From: Gammaproteobacteria bacterium
Lineage (GTDB): Bacteria; Pseudomonadota; Gammaproteobacteria; Pseudomonadales; Azotimanducaceae
Direction: 5' to 3'
Assembly: GCA_038139355.1 (NCBI GenBank)
Contig: JAYOSS010000002.1
Location: 1 to 41,502, forward strand
Length of the DNA: 41,502 nt
The notes beneath the pieces were generated by a model. The model saw nothing but the letters and a program-made list of their open reading frames with translations. It was not told the DNA's origin and did no database searches. Positions 18,974 through 26,470 of this stretch are shown here, one piece after another; position 1 is the first letter of the stretch; each line of letters starts with the position of its first letter. The position numbers and the translations under genes are program-made.

Positions 18974-19002
18974 ACACTATACCCCTACCCAGTATTTCTC
19001 AA
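18974..19002 (-). promoter_or_regulatory. sigma70-type promoter of the copper operon (TTGAGA-17 bp-TAGTGT)
   Basis: On the minus strand the -35 is 19002-18997 and the -10 is 18979-18974, with a 17-bp spacer; 7 nt separate the -10 from the ATG at 18966. Confidence 0.65.
18979..18995. promoter_or_regulatory. CsoR/RcnR-type operator
   Basis: ATAC-CCCTACCCA-GTAT: an ATAC/GTAT inverted repeat flanking a C/G tract, the architecture known for CsoR/RcnR operators; adjacent to a csoR gene. Confidence 0.75.
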
Positions 19003-19008
19003 CGCTCT

Positions 19009-19281
19009 ATGAAAATTCAAAAAGAAGCGAATCTTCGCCGGCTCAGCCGAATCGAAGGTCAGGTTCGCGGCATTAGCCGCATGATCGCCGAGGACAGGTA
19101 CTGTATCGACGTACTGCAACAAATGCAGGCGATAAAAGCTGCATTTGTGAAGGTGGAGGACGCAATTTTAAAAGATCACGCCGCTACCTGTGTGGCGTCA
19201 GCGATTAAAGCCGATGATCATGAAGAGCAACGCAAGAAATTCGACGAGCTGATCGATCTGATTGGTAAAGTGAAGCGCTAG
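19009..19281 (+). CDS. csoR: CsoR/RcnR-family metal-sensitive transcriptional repressor (Cu(I)-sensing type)
   Basis: RLSRIEGQVRGI..M..DRYC.DVLQQ motif; Cys…His-x3-Cys ligands (YCID…DHAATC). Confidence 0.9.
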   Translation: MKIQKEANLRRLSRIEGQVRGISRMIAEDRYCIDVLQQMQAIKAAFVKVEDAILKDHAATCVASAIKADDHEEQRKKFDELIDLIGKVKR

Positions 19282-19283
19282 TC

Positions 19284-19324
19284 TTTTGGCCGTCTTGGCC
19301 TCTTGCCCTCTGGCCCTCGCGCTT
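19284..19324 (+). repeat. Degenerate 8-bp tandem repeats
   Basis: TTTTGGCC, TCTTGGCC, TCTTGCCC, TCTGGCCC, TCGCGCTT. Confidence 0.5.
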
Positions 19325-19350
19325 TCCCAGAGCAGGGTTTTTGGGCTTAG

Positions 19351-20136
19351 TCAGCCGGAACTGGCTATGGTCTCTGACTCCAGTGGGAATTCGTATTCCG
19401 CCTTAGGCCCAACCACCCCATTGGGCAGATACGTCTGCTCAGCGAAATAGATCTGCTGCCGGCCCACGCGAACCACCGTACTAGCCCGAGTGCCGTAGTG
19501 GCTATCGCTGATAAAGCAAGAGCCTAAATGACGTTCCGCCTCGATGGGTTTGCCCCGGTCAGGTAGGCGCTCATCCTCGGGTACCTGTTGATCATTCAAC
19601 AGCTCAACCAACTGGTCGTTACTGTGTTCACCATCCACTAACGCTCCAAGGCGGCGAGCACCATCCACGCATTTTGGCCAGGTTGCGCCCAGTTCAGCGT
19701 TGCTTAATCCGTAGTCGCCTGCAGGTAACAATCGGCTGCGAGGCTGACCGGGTTCGCTGATGTTGGTGGTGTACAGCAGCCGGCTGCCGTCGAATAGCAG
19801 CAGGTTGTAACCTGCGAAGTCATCGCCGTTTAAGCCCAGCGCATAGTCTTTGACGGATTCGCTGCCAGCCAAAAAGCCGTGTACTAGGGCGCCCCGAGAT
19901 TTTGGAAAAGTCGCATTCGGGTCTTGGGTGAAATTGGTCAGTGCAGCAAACCTGCCCTGTTTGGAACAACCCAGCCAGGTGCCCCCGGCCACCAGATCTC
20001 GGCCCGCCAAAATGTGGGGTTCGTCCTCCCAGAATTGTGCCTGGGCGCTGGCTCGTTGATGTACTTCGTCGCGGTTGGCAGCCACCAATAGCGGCTCATC
20101 GGTTTGGGGACGAAAACGAAACAAAATAAGGCACAT
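19351..20136 (-). CDS. NRDE/TANGO2-family protein
   Basis: MCL N-terminus, AANRDE, GRDLVAGGTWLG, SRG.LV, LSN and YGTRAST motifs. Confidence 0.94.
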   Translation of the reverse strand: MCLILFRFRPQTDEPLLVAANRDEVHQRASAQAQFWEDEPHILAGRDLVAGGTWLGCSKQGRFAALTNFTQDPNATFPKSRGALVHGFLAGSESVKDYALGLNGDDFAGYNLLLFDGSRLLYTTNISEPGQPRSRLLPAGDYGLSNAELGATWPKCVDGARRLGALVDGEHSNDQLVELLNDQQVPEDERLPDRGKPIEAERHLGSCFISDSHYGTRASTVVRVGRQQIYFAEQTYLPNGVVGPKAEYEFPLESETIASSG

Positions 20137-20222
20137 AAAGCGGGCCTAGTCGACGAAGAAGGTAGCGAGTGTATCAGGACTTTGGGGTATTCTGCGGCTA
20201 AGTCTTGCAACCAAGGTGGTCC

Positions 20223-21068
20223 ATGAACTATCCGGTAATTGATCCCGTCATCGTTGCCCTAGGTCCGGTAGCACTGCGTTGGTATGGGTTGATGTACCTT
20301 CTGGGTTTTACCGCGGTTTATTTGTTGGGCAATTGGCGAATCAACCACCGTCCTGTTGCGGTGACTGGCTCTTGGACGGCCGAGCAGATATCAGATTTGG
20401 TATTTTACGGCGCCATGGGCGCGGTATTAGGCGGTCGTGTTGGTTACGTGCTTTTCTACGCCGCGGAACGCCTAGCTGCAGATCCGCTGTATGTGTTTCG
20501 CGTTTGGGAAGGAGGCATGTCCTTTCATGGCGGCTTTCTCGGGGTGTTGGTGGCGATGTTGTTGTTTGGTCGCCGCTGGGACAAAGACTTTCTCACCATT
20601 ACGGATTTTTTGGCGCCACTGTGTCCAGTCGGGTTGGGCCTGGGGCGCTTGGGCAATTTCATCAATATGGAGCTGCCGGGCCGTATCGCCGAAAACGGCG
20701 TTGGCTTGGTATTTCCTTGTCCTGCCGTCGCAGACCTAAACCCCGTGTGTTTTGGCGTTTGGGAGAACGCGGTGCGACACCCCTCGTCGCTGTATCAGGC
20801 AGCCACCGAAGGCTTGCTGCTGTTTGTCATTCTCTGGTGGCTGGCACTTAAACCGCGGTCCAAAGGCGTGCTGTCTGGCGCCTTTTTGCTGGGGTACGGT
20901 AGTTTTCGGTTTTTGACCGAGTTCTTCCGTTCACCAGACGCCCATATCGGTTTTGTGCTGCTGGACTTCTTCAGTATGGGTCAGCTTCTTTCCATGCCCA
21001 TGATTCTCGCTGGAGGCCTATTGTTTTACCTTTCCAAGCAGCGTCACTCTTCTGATGGGAAGATCTGA
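20223..21068 (+). CDS. lgt: Phosphatidylglycerol:prolipoprotein diacylglyceryl transferase
   Basis: RWYGLMY, GGRVGYVLFY, WEGGMSFHGG, GLGRLGNFIN and RFLTEFFR.PD motifs; upstream of thyA. Confidence 0.96.
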   Translation: MNYPVIDPVIVALGPVALRWYGLMYLLGFTAVYLLGNWRINHRPVAVTGSWTAEQISDLVFYGAMGAVLGGRVGYVLFYAAERLAADPLYVFRVWEGGMSFHGGFLGVLVAMLLFGRRWDKDFLTITDFLAPLCPVGLGLGRLGNFINMELPGRIAENGVGLVFPCPAVADLNPVCFGVWENAVRHPSSLYQAATEGLLLFVILWWLALKPRSKGVLSGAFLLGYGSFRFLTEFFRSPDAHIGFVLLDFFSMGQLLSMPMILAGGLLFYLSKQRHSSDGKI

Positions 21069-21126
21069 TCGCCGGGTTACACCATGACTGGTAAGATGCC
21101 AAGCGGCACAGCAAGAGCATTTTAGC

Positions 21127-21921
21127 ATGCAACAGTACCTCGACCTGATGCGCCATGTGCGCGAAAACGGAACCTACAAGGCGGATCGAACAGGCACAGG
21201 CACCTACAGTGTTTTTGGTCATCAAATGCGCTTCGATTTGGCTGCTGGCTTTCCCTTGGTCACCAGCAAAAAAATGTTCCTCAAAGGCATCATCCACGAG
21301 CTTTTGTGGTTTTTGTCTGGGTCAACGAACATTGCCTATCTAACCGATCATAACGTCCACATCTGGGATGAGTGGGCAGATGAGCATGGCGAATTGGGCC
21401 CAGTTTACGGCTCCCAGTGGCGCTCCTGGCCTGGTCCCGACGGCAGCACCATCGATCAAATCGAAACCCTAGTGGAAGGTATTCGCAACAACCCAGACAG
21501 CCGCCGTCATATTGTGAGTGCTTGGAATGTGGCGGAAGTGAACAACATGGCGCTGCCACCCTGTCATACCTTGTTCCAGTTCTACGTGGCTGATGGAAAG
21601 TTATCTTGTCAGCTATATCAGCGCAGTGCGGACATTTTTTTGGGCGTTCCTTTTAACATAGCCTCCTATGCCCTGCTGACCATGATGATTGCACAAGTCT
21701 GCGACCTGGAGCTGGGTGATTTTGTGCACACCATGGGGGATGCACATCTGTACGCCAACCATCTGGAGCAGGCCGATTTGCAGCTTGCCCGTAGTGTTTT
21801 GCCCTTACCGCAAATGCAGCTCAATACCGATGTCAAAGACATCTTCGGCTTCAAATATGAAGACTTTGAGCTCATTGGCTATGAGTGCCACGGCGCCATC
21901 AAAGCGCCTATTGCAGTCTGA
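21127..21921 (+). CDS. thyA: Thymidylate synthase
   Basis: [41 protein letters not shown]; C-terminal APIAV. Confidence 0.98.
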   Translation: MQQYLDLMRHVRENGTYKADRTGTGTYSVFGHQMRFDLAAGFPLVTSKKMFLKGIIHELLWFLSGSTNIAYLTDHNVHIWDEWADEHGELGPVYGSQWRSWPGPDGSTIDQIETLVEGIRNNPDSRRHIVSAWNVAEVNNMALPPCHTLFQFYVADGKLSCQLYQRSADIFLGVPFNIASYALLTMMIAQVCDLELGDFVHTMGDAHLYANHLEQADLQLARSVLPLPQMQLNTDVKDIFGFKYEDFELIGYECHGAIKAPIAV

Positions 21922-21938
21922 ATCAGGACACCACATCT

Positions 21939-22445
21939 ATGCAGTTATCGCTGATTTGGGCCATGGCCGAAAATCGTGTAATCGGTCGGGATAACTCTTT
22001 GCCCTGGCGGTTACCCAACGACATGCGGCACTTCATGAAAACCACCATGGGACGTCCGGTGATTATGGGTCGCAAGACCTTCGAATCCATGAAAGCGCCG
22101 CTGCCCGGGCGCACCAATATTGTGCTCACCCAAAATACTCAGTGGCAGCGAGAGGGGGTTCAAGTGGTATCCACTCTTGAAGAAGCCGTTGAGCTTGCGG
22201 CCAGTCAGGCCCTGATCGATGGAGTAGATGAGGTCATGGTGATTGGCGGCGCGCAAATTTACGAGCTGGCGCTGCCCATGGCCGATCGGCTGTACGTGAC
22301 GCTGGTGCACGATACGCCACATGGCGATGTGTTCTTTCCTGTCTATGACGAAGCGCAATGGACGGTGATTGAGCAGCAGCGATTCGACGCCGATGAACGC
22401 CACAGCAGCGCCTATACCACCCAAACGCTTGAGCGCGCCCAGTGA
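21939..22445 (+). CDS. folA: Dihydrofolate reductase
   Basis: Start MQLSLIWAM (AGGA RBS); VIGRDNSLPWRLPND, IMGRKTFES, PLPGR.NIVLT, VIGGAQIY, GDVFFP. Confidence 0.96.
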   Translation: MQLSLIWAMAENRVIGRDNSLPWRLPNDMRHFMKTTMGRPVIMGRKTFESMKAPLPGRTNIVLTQNTQWQREGVQVVSTLEEAVELAASQALIDGVDEVMVIGGAQIYELALPMADRLYVTLVHDTPHGDVFFPVYDEAQWTVIEQQRFDADERHSSAYTTQTLERAQ

Positions 22446-23461
22446 GCACCACGCCCGTAGCCAACGGCAAATTGGCCCTGTGCGTTAACCCCATGTCGGG
22501 CAGAGATGTGCGCCGTCTCGCAGCTCGAGCCGCCAACATGACTCATGAGGCCAAACGCGACATCGTCGCCCGGGTAGCCGCCGGCGCCGATGCGGTCGGT
22601 GTCACGGATCTGTACATCGCCAGAGAACCCTTCCGTATCGCTGAGGGGGCGCTGGAGCTGATGCCGCTGCAGGCCAAGGTACACATTGTCGACATACCGC
22701 TCACCAACAGCGCTAAAGACACCGTTGCCGCCATGCAGATATTCAAAGCCCAGGGTTGTCATACCGTGGTTTCTCTGGGTGGCGATGGTACCAATCGGGC
22801 CTTGGTCCGAGCAGACAGCGATATCGACTTGGTTCCCATTTCCACCGGCACCAATAACGTCTTTCCAGCGCTGATGGAGCCCACCCTGGGCGGCATGGTG
22901 GCGGGGCTCAATGCCCTGGGCAAAACCCGAGATATGCCCGACAGCTTGCGACCCCGGGCCAAGGTGCTGCATCTGCAAACCCCCAAACAAACGGATATTG
23001 GTTTGATTGATGCGGTGTTGTTGCGCCGGGATCATGTTGGCAATTTGCTGCCCTTTGACGCAGATCGCTTAGACAGCATGTTGTTGACCCGGGCGGAACC
23101 TAACTCGGTGGGTATGTCCCCCATTGGCGGTTTTGTGGATCCGGTTTACGCAGCAGACGATTGCGGCCTTTGGGTTGAGATGGGTTCACAAGGTGCCGTG
23201 GTGCGCGCGCCGCTGTCGCCGGGTCATTTTCGTGATGTTGGGGTGATCAACACCCGACGTACCAACTTTGATGAAGTTCTGCAATTTCACGGCCCCGGCG
23301 TTATTGCTCTGGATGGTGACCGGGATCATGCCCTCGCCGAAGGCGAAAGCGCTCAGATCACCGTGCGCCGTGATGGCCCACGCATACTCGATGTGGAGGG
23401 CATCATGCGCTGGGCGGTGGGAGCGGGTATGATGGCGGCCGCGTCGGCGCCTGATGCTTGA
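22442..23461 (+). CDS. ATP-NAD kinase family protein, AcoX-like
   Basis: NPMSGRDVRRL N-terminus, LGGDGTNR, PISTGTNNVFP and ALDGDR motifs; GTGA overlap with folA. Confidence 0.82.
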   Translation: MSTTPVANGKLALCVNPMSGRDVRRLAARAANMTHEAKRDIVARVAAGADAVGVTDLYIAREPFRIAEGALELMPLQAKVHIVDIPLTNSAKDTVAAMQIFKAQGCHTVVSLGGDGTNRALVRADSDIDLVPISTGTNNVFPALMEPTLGGMVAGLNALGKTRDMPDSLRPRAKVLHLQTPKQTDIGLIDAVLLRRDHVGNLLPFDADRLDSMLLTRAEPNSVGMSPIGGFVDPVYAADDCGLWVEMGSQGAVVRAPLSPGHFRDVGVINTRRTNFDEVLQFHGPGVIALDGDRDHALAEGESAQITVRRDGPRILDVEGIMRWAVGAGMMAAASAPDA

Positions 23462-23494
23462 CGTCCTCACAGTCCAAGTCCGGAAGGTAAAGCC

Positions 23495-24679
23495 ATGATC
23501 GTAAAACCCCGTATCCGCGGATTCATATGTACCACAGCCCACCCTAGGGGTTGTGCAGCGCATGTAGACCAACAGATTGACTACGTTGTAAAGCAAGGCC
23601 AGTGCGCGGATGGCGCGTTTCGCAATGTGTTGGTTTTGGGTTGTTCCGGCGGGTATGGGCTGGCCAGTCGCATTGTGGCGGGATTTGGCTGCGGCGCTAA
23701 CACCCTGGGCGTGTCCTTTGAGAAAGCGCCCGCCGAGAGCAAGACTGCATCCGCAGGCTGGTACAACAACAAGGCCTTTGAGCGTCGAGCCTCCCAACAA
23801 GGCCTATATGCCAAAACCTTGGATGGTGACGCCTTTTCAGATGCCATGCGCCAGCAAGTGCTGGATACCATTAAGGCAGATCTGGGGCAGATAGATCTGG
23901 TGGTGTACAGCCTGGCTTCGCCAGTGCGTCAGCATCCCAAAACCGAGGTCTTGCATCGGTCGGCGATTAAGCCCTTGGGCGAGGTACTGGACATCAAAAC
24001 CGTGCATGTGGAAAAAGGCGAGGTCTCCAACGTCGCTCTAGAGCCTGCCACGGAACAAGAAGTCGCTGATACGGTAACGGTAATGGGCGGCGAGGATTGG
24101 CAGTATTGGATTGATGCGCTTTTGGCCGCTGATTTGCTCGCTCCGGGGGCCAAGACCGTGGCGTATACCTATATTGGTAGCGAGCTGACCTGGCCCATTT
24201 ATTGGGAAGGAACCTTGGGCAAAGCCAAGGCGGATCTGGATCGAGCCAGCGGGGAAATACAGCAAAGCCTTGAGGCAGTGGGCGGAGACGCTCGGGTGGC
24301 CGTGCTCAAAGCCATTGTCAGTCAGGCCAGTGCCGCTATCCCCGTTGTGCCGCTGTACGCCGCACTGCTCTTTCAGGTCATGAAAGAGCAAGGTAGCCAC
24401 GAAGAGTGCATCGAACACATTGATCGTTTGTTTGCCAGTCAGCTGCAGTCCGGGGCGGCAATGCGCCTAGACGATGCAGGCCGTATCCGAGTTGATGACC
24501 TTGAGCTGGCCGAGACCGTGCAGACGGAAGTGAAGCGCCGTTGGCCCCTGGTGAACACCGAGAATTTGCCAGAACTGGGTGACCTAGCAGGCTTCCGCGA
24601 GGACTTTCTGAAGATCTTTGGCTTCGGCATCGATGGCGTCGATTACGACGCTGATGTTGACCCCATGGGTATCGATTAA
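23495..24679 (+). CDS. fabV: Enoyl-ACP / trans-2-enoyl-CoA reductase FabV
   Basis: PRIRGFICTTAHP.GC, GYGLASRI, AGWYN, YSLASP, VMGGEDW, Y-x8-K catalytic pair, FGFGIDGVDY. Confidence 0.96.
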   Translation: MIVKPRIRGFICTTAHPRGCAAHVDQQIDYVVKQGQCADGAFRNVLVLGCSGGYGLASRIVAGFGCGANTLGVSFEKAPAESKTASAGWYNNKAFERRASQQGLYAKTLDGDAFSDAMRQQVLDTIKADLGQIDLVVYSLASPVRQHPKTEVLHRSAIKPLGEVLDIKTVHVEKGEVSNVALEPATEQEVADTVTVMGGEDWQYWIDALLAADLLAPGAKTVAYTYIGSELTWPIYWEGTLGKAKADLDRASGEIQQSLEAVGGDARVAVLKAIVSQASAAIPVVPLYAALLFQVMKEQGSHEECIEHIDRLFASQLQSGAAMRLDDAGRIRVDDLELAETVQTEVKRRWPLVNTENLPELGDLAGFREDFLKIFGFGIDGVDYDADVDPMGID

Positions 24680-24719
24680 GGCCAGGCTGGCCGGTTAAAT
24701 TCACAGTTAAGGGAAGTAG

Positions 24720-25742
24720 ATGGACAAAGTCTTCTTGCAAGCGTGTCGTGGTGAGCAAACGGCCCATACACCGATATGGTTGAATCGCCAGGCCGGGCGC
24801 TACATGCCGGAATATCATCAGGTGAAAGGTGATCTGCCCAGTCTCGACTTTTTCAAAGACCCCGAGCGTGCTGCTCAGGCCACCCTGGATGCCCAACGCA
24901 TCCTGGGCGTAGACGCCGCCATCATGTTCGCGGACCTGTTGCCCATTCTTGAGCCCATGGGCTTGGACTTGGAATACGTACCGGGCCAAGGCCCAGTATT
25001 CGCCAATCCCATCCGCAGTGCCGCTGATGTGGCGAATTTGGCAACGGCGCCAGCGTTGGAACACACACCCTACATTGCCGATACCGTGCGCTGCATTAAT
25101 GAAGGGTTGCCCAAGGAGGTTGCCCTGATCGGTTTTGCTGGCGCGCCGTTCACTTTGGCTTCCTATGCCATCGAAGGTAAAGGTTCGCGCAACTACGTGT
25201 TTGTGAAAAAGATGATGTACGAGGCGCCGGACCTTTGGCATCAGTTGATGACCAAGCTGACCGGCCAGCTGGCGAGCTACCTGCAGCTGCAAATCAGTGC
25301 TGGGGTTGAGGCGGTACAGTTGTTCGATACCTGGGTAGGCAATCTGTCGGTGCAGGACTATCGCAGCTATGTCGAGCCGCACTTGAAAGCCTTAGTCGAT
25401 GCGTTAGCGGGTACGGTGCCGGTGATTTACTTTGGCACGGGCAACTATCACTTACTGCCAGCGGTATCCGAGTTGGACATCGACGTTCTGGCCTTCGACT
25501 GGCGCACGCCATTGAAGCCCACCTGGGACCAACTGGGCTGTCAGGCGGTGCAGGGCAATTTAGATCCTATCGTGCTGTGCGCAGATCAAGCATCGGTGGC
25601 CTCCCAATCCCAGTGGTTGTTAGACCAAGTTCAAGGTCGGCCAGGTCATATCTTTAATCTGGGCCACGGCATTATTCCTGAGACTCCCGTGGACAACGTG
25701 AAGTTCTTGGTGGATTTTGTGCACGAATACAGCAGCAGATAA
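24720..25742 (+). CDS. hemE: Uroporphyrinogen decarboxylase
   Basis: RQAGRYMPEY, DAAIMFADLL, IGFAGAPFTLASY, QLFDTW, QGNLDP, HIFNLGHGI.PET. Confidence 0.97.
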   Translation: MDKVFLQACRGEQTAHTPIWLNRQAGRYMPEYHQVKGDLPSLDFFKDPERAAQATLDAQRILGVDAAIMFADLLPILEPMGLDLEYVPGQGPVFANPIRSAADVANLATAPALEHTPYIADTVRCINEGLPKEVALIGFAGAPFTLASYAIEGKGSRNYVFVKKMMYEAPDLWHQLMTKLTGQLASYLQLQISAGVEAVQLFDTWVGNLSVQDYRSYVEPHLKALVDALAGTVPVIYFGTGNYHLLPAVSELDIDVLAFDWRTPLKPTWDQLGCQAVQGNLDPIVLCADQASVASQSQWLLDQVQGRPGHIFNLGHGIIPETPVDNVKFLVDFVHEYSSR

Positions 25743-25759
25743 CAAAGGATCGAAGGCCC

Positions 25760-26191
25760 ATGATTAACGCGTTGAAACGGGGAGTAGCGCTAATCACAGG
25801 ACTGTCAGTTGTTTATCTGGTGTTGGTCTATGGGGCGTCGGAAAGCGGCGAGGTTGTGCAGCTGATCACCGCGGATCAACAAGGTGACGACGTCACCACT
25901 CGACTTTGGGTGGCCGATCATGAGGAGTCTATGTGGCTGCGCGCCGATCAGAGCTCTGGTTGGTATCAGCGACTCATCCTTCACGACCCAACAGATCCCG
26001 CAATCTTGATCCGGGGCGCGCACCGTTATTCGGTATACGCGGTGCCCGAACCCAAGACCATCGGTGAGCTGAATCAGCTGATGGCTGACAAGTACGGCTT
26101 TGGTGATCGCGTGGTGGCATTGTTAGTGGGGTCTCCCGACGCCGGTGTCGCGGTACGACTGGTGCTGACTGCGGACGCTCAGAGCAGCTAG
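25760..26191 (+). CDS. Membrane-anchored hypothetical protein (possibly DUF2255/split-barrel-like)
   Basis: N-terminal TM helix followed by TTRLWV…WLRA…WY.R…MADKYG pattern; follows hemE with a plausible RBS. Confidence 0.65.
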   Translation: MINALKRGVALITGLSVVYLVLVYGASESGEVVQLITADQQGDDVTTRLWVADHEESMWLRADQSSGWYQRLILHDPTDPAILIRGAHRYSVYAVPEPKTIGELNQLMADKYGFGDRVVALLVGSPDAGVAVRLVLTADAQSS

Positions 26192-26233
26192 ACGAGAAAT
26201 CTGCTTAAGCTGCTCAGCTAAACTACCCTAACG

Positions 26234-26470
26234 CTAAAGCGCGTAATCCGACGGCGGCGCGTAATCCCGAGGCAATAGGCCTGCGGCGTTGCGGTCGGGT
26301 ATCAGCAAGCCCTGTGCAGCCAGGGCCTGAAACAACCTTTGCTCCGCCGCCTGGGGCCAACCGTTAGCGGCCCCATCCCAACAACCTTGGCATACCCAGA
26401 TTTTGTAGCTGGGTATCTTGGTTAAGTGCTGGCTTTCACCACACAGTGCGCAACACGGCTCAACGCTCAT
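26234..26470 (-). CDS. Small Cys-rich (CxxC…CxxC) putative metal-binding protein
   Basis: CCALCG and CQGC motifs; TGATG overlap with the ilvD stop. Confidence 0.72.
   Translation of the reverse strand: MSVEPCCALCGESQHLTKIPSYKIWVCQGCWDGAANGWPQAAEQRLFQALAAQGLLIPDRNAAGLLPRDYAPPSDYAL

Noticed and set aside
12356-19350. Prophage, IS or integrative element as carrier of the accessory block
   Set aside because: No integrase, transposase, phage gene, tRNA target or clear terminal repeats are visible.
21939-22445. Acquired trimethoprim-resistance dfr gene
   Set aside because: It is in the chromosomal thyA-folA arrangement with no integron or IS context.
24378-25382. 334-aa antisense ORF over fabV/hemE, and other long shadow ORFs such as 15930-16553, 22412-23035 and 10719-11330
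   Set aside because: They lie antisense to well-conserved genes, show no recognisable motifs, and are expected from codon bias at this GC content.
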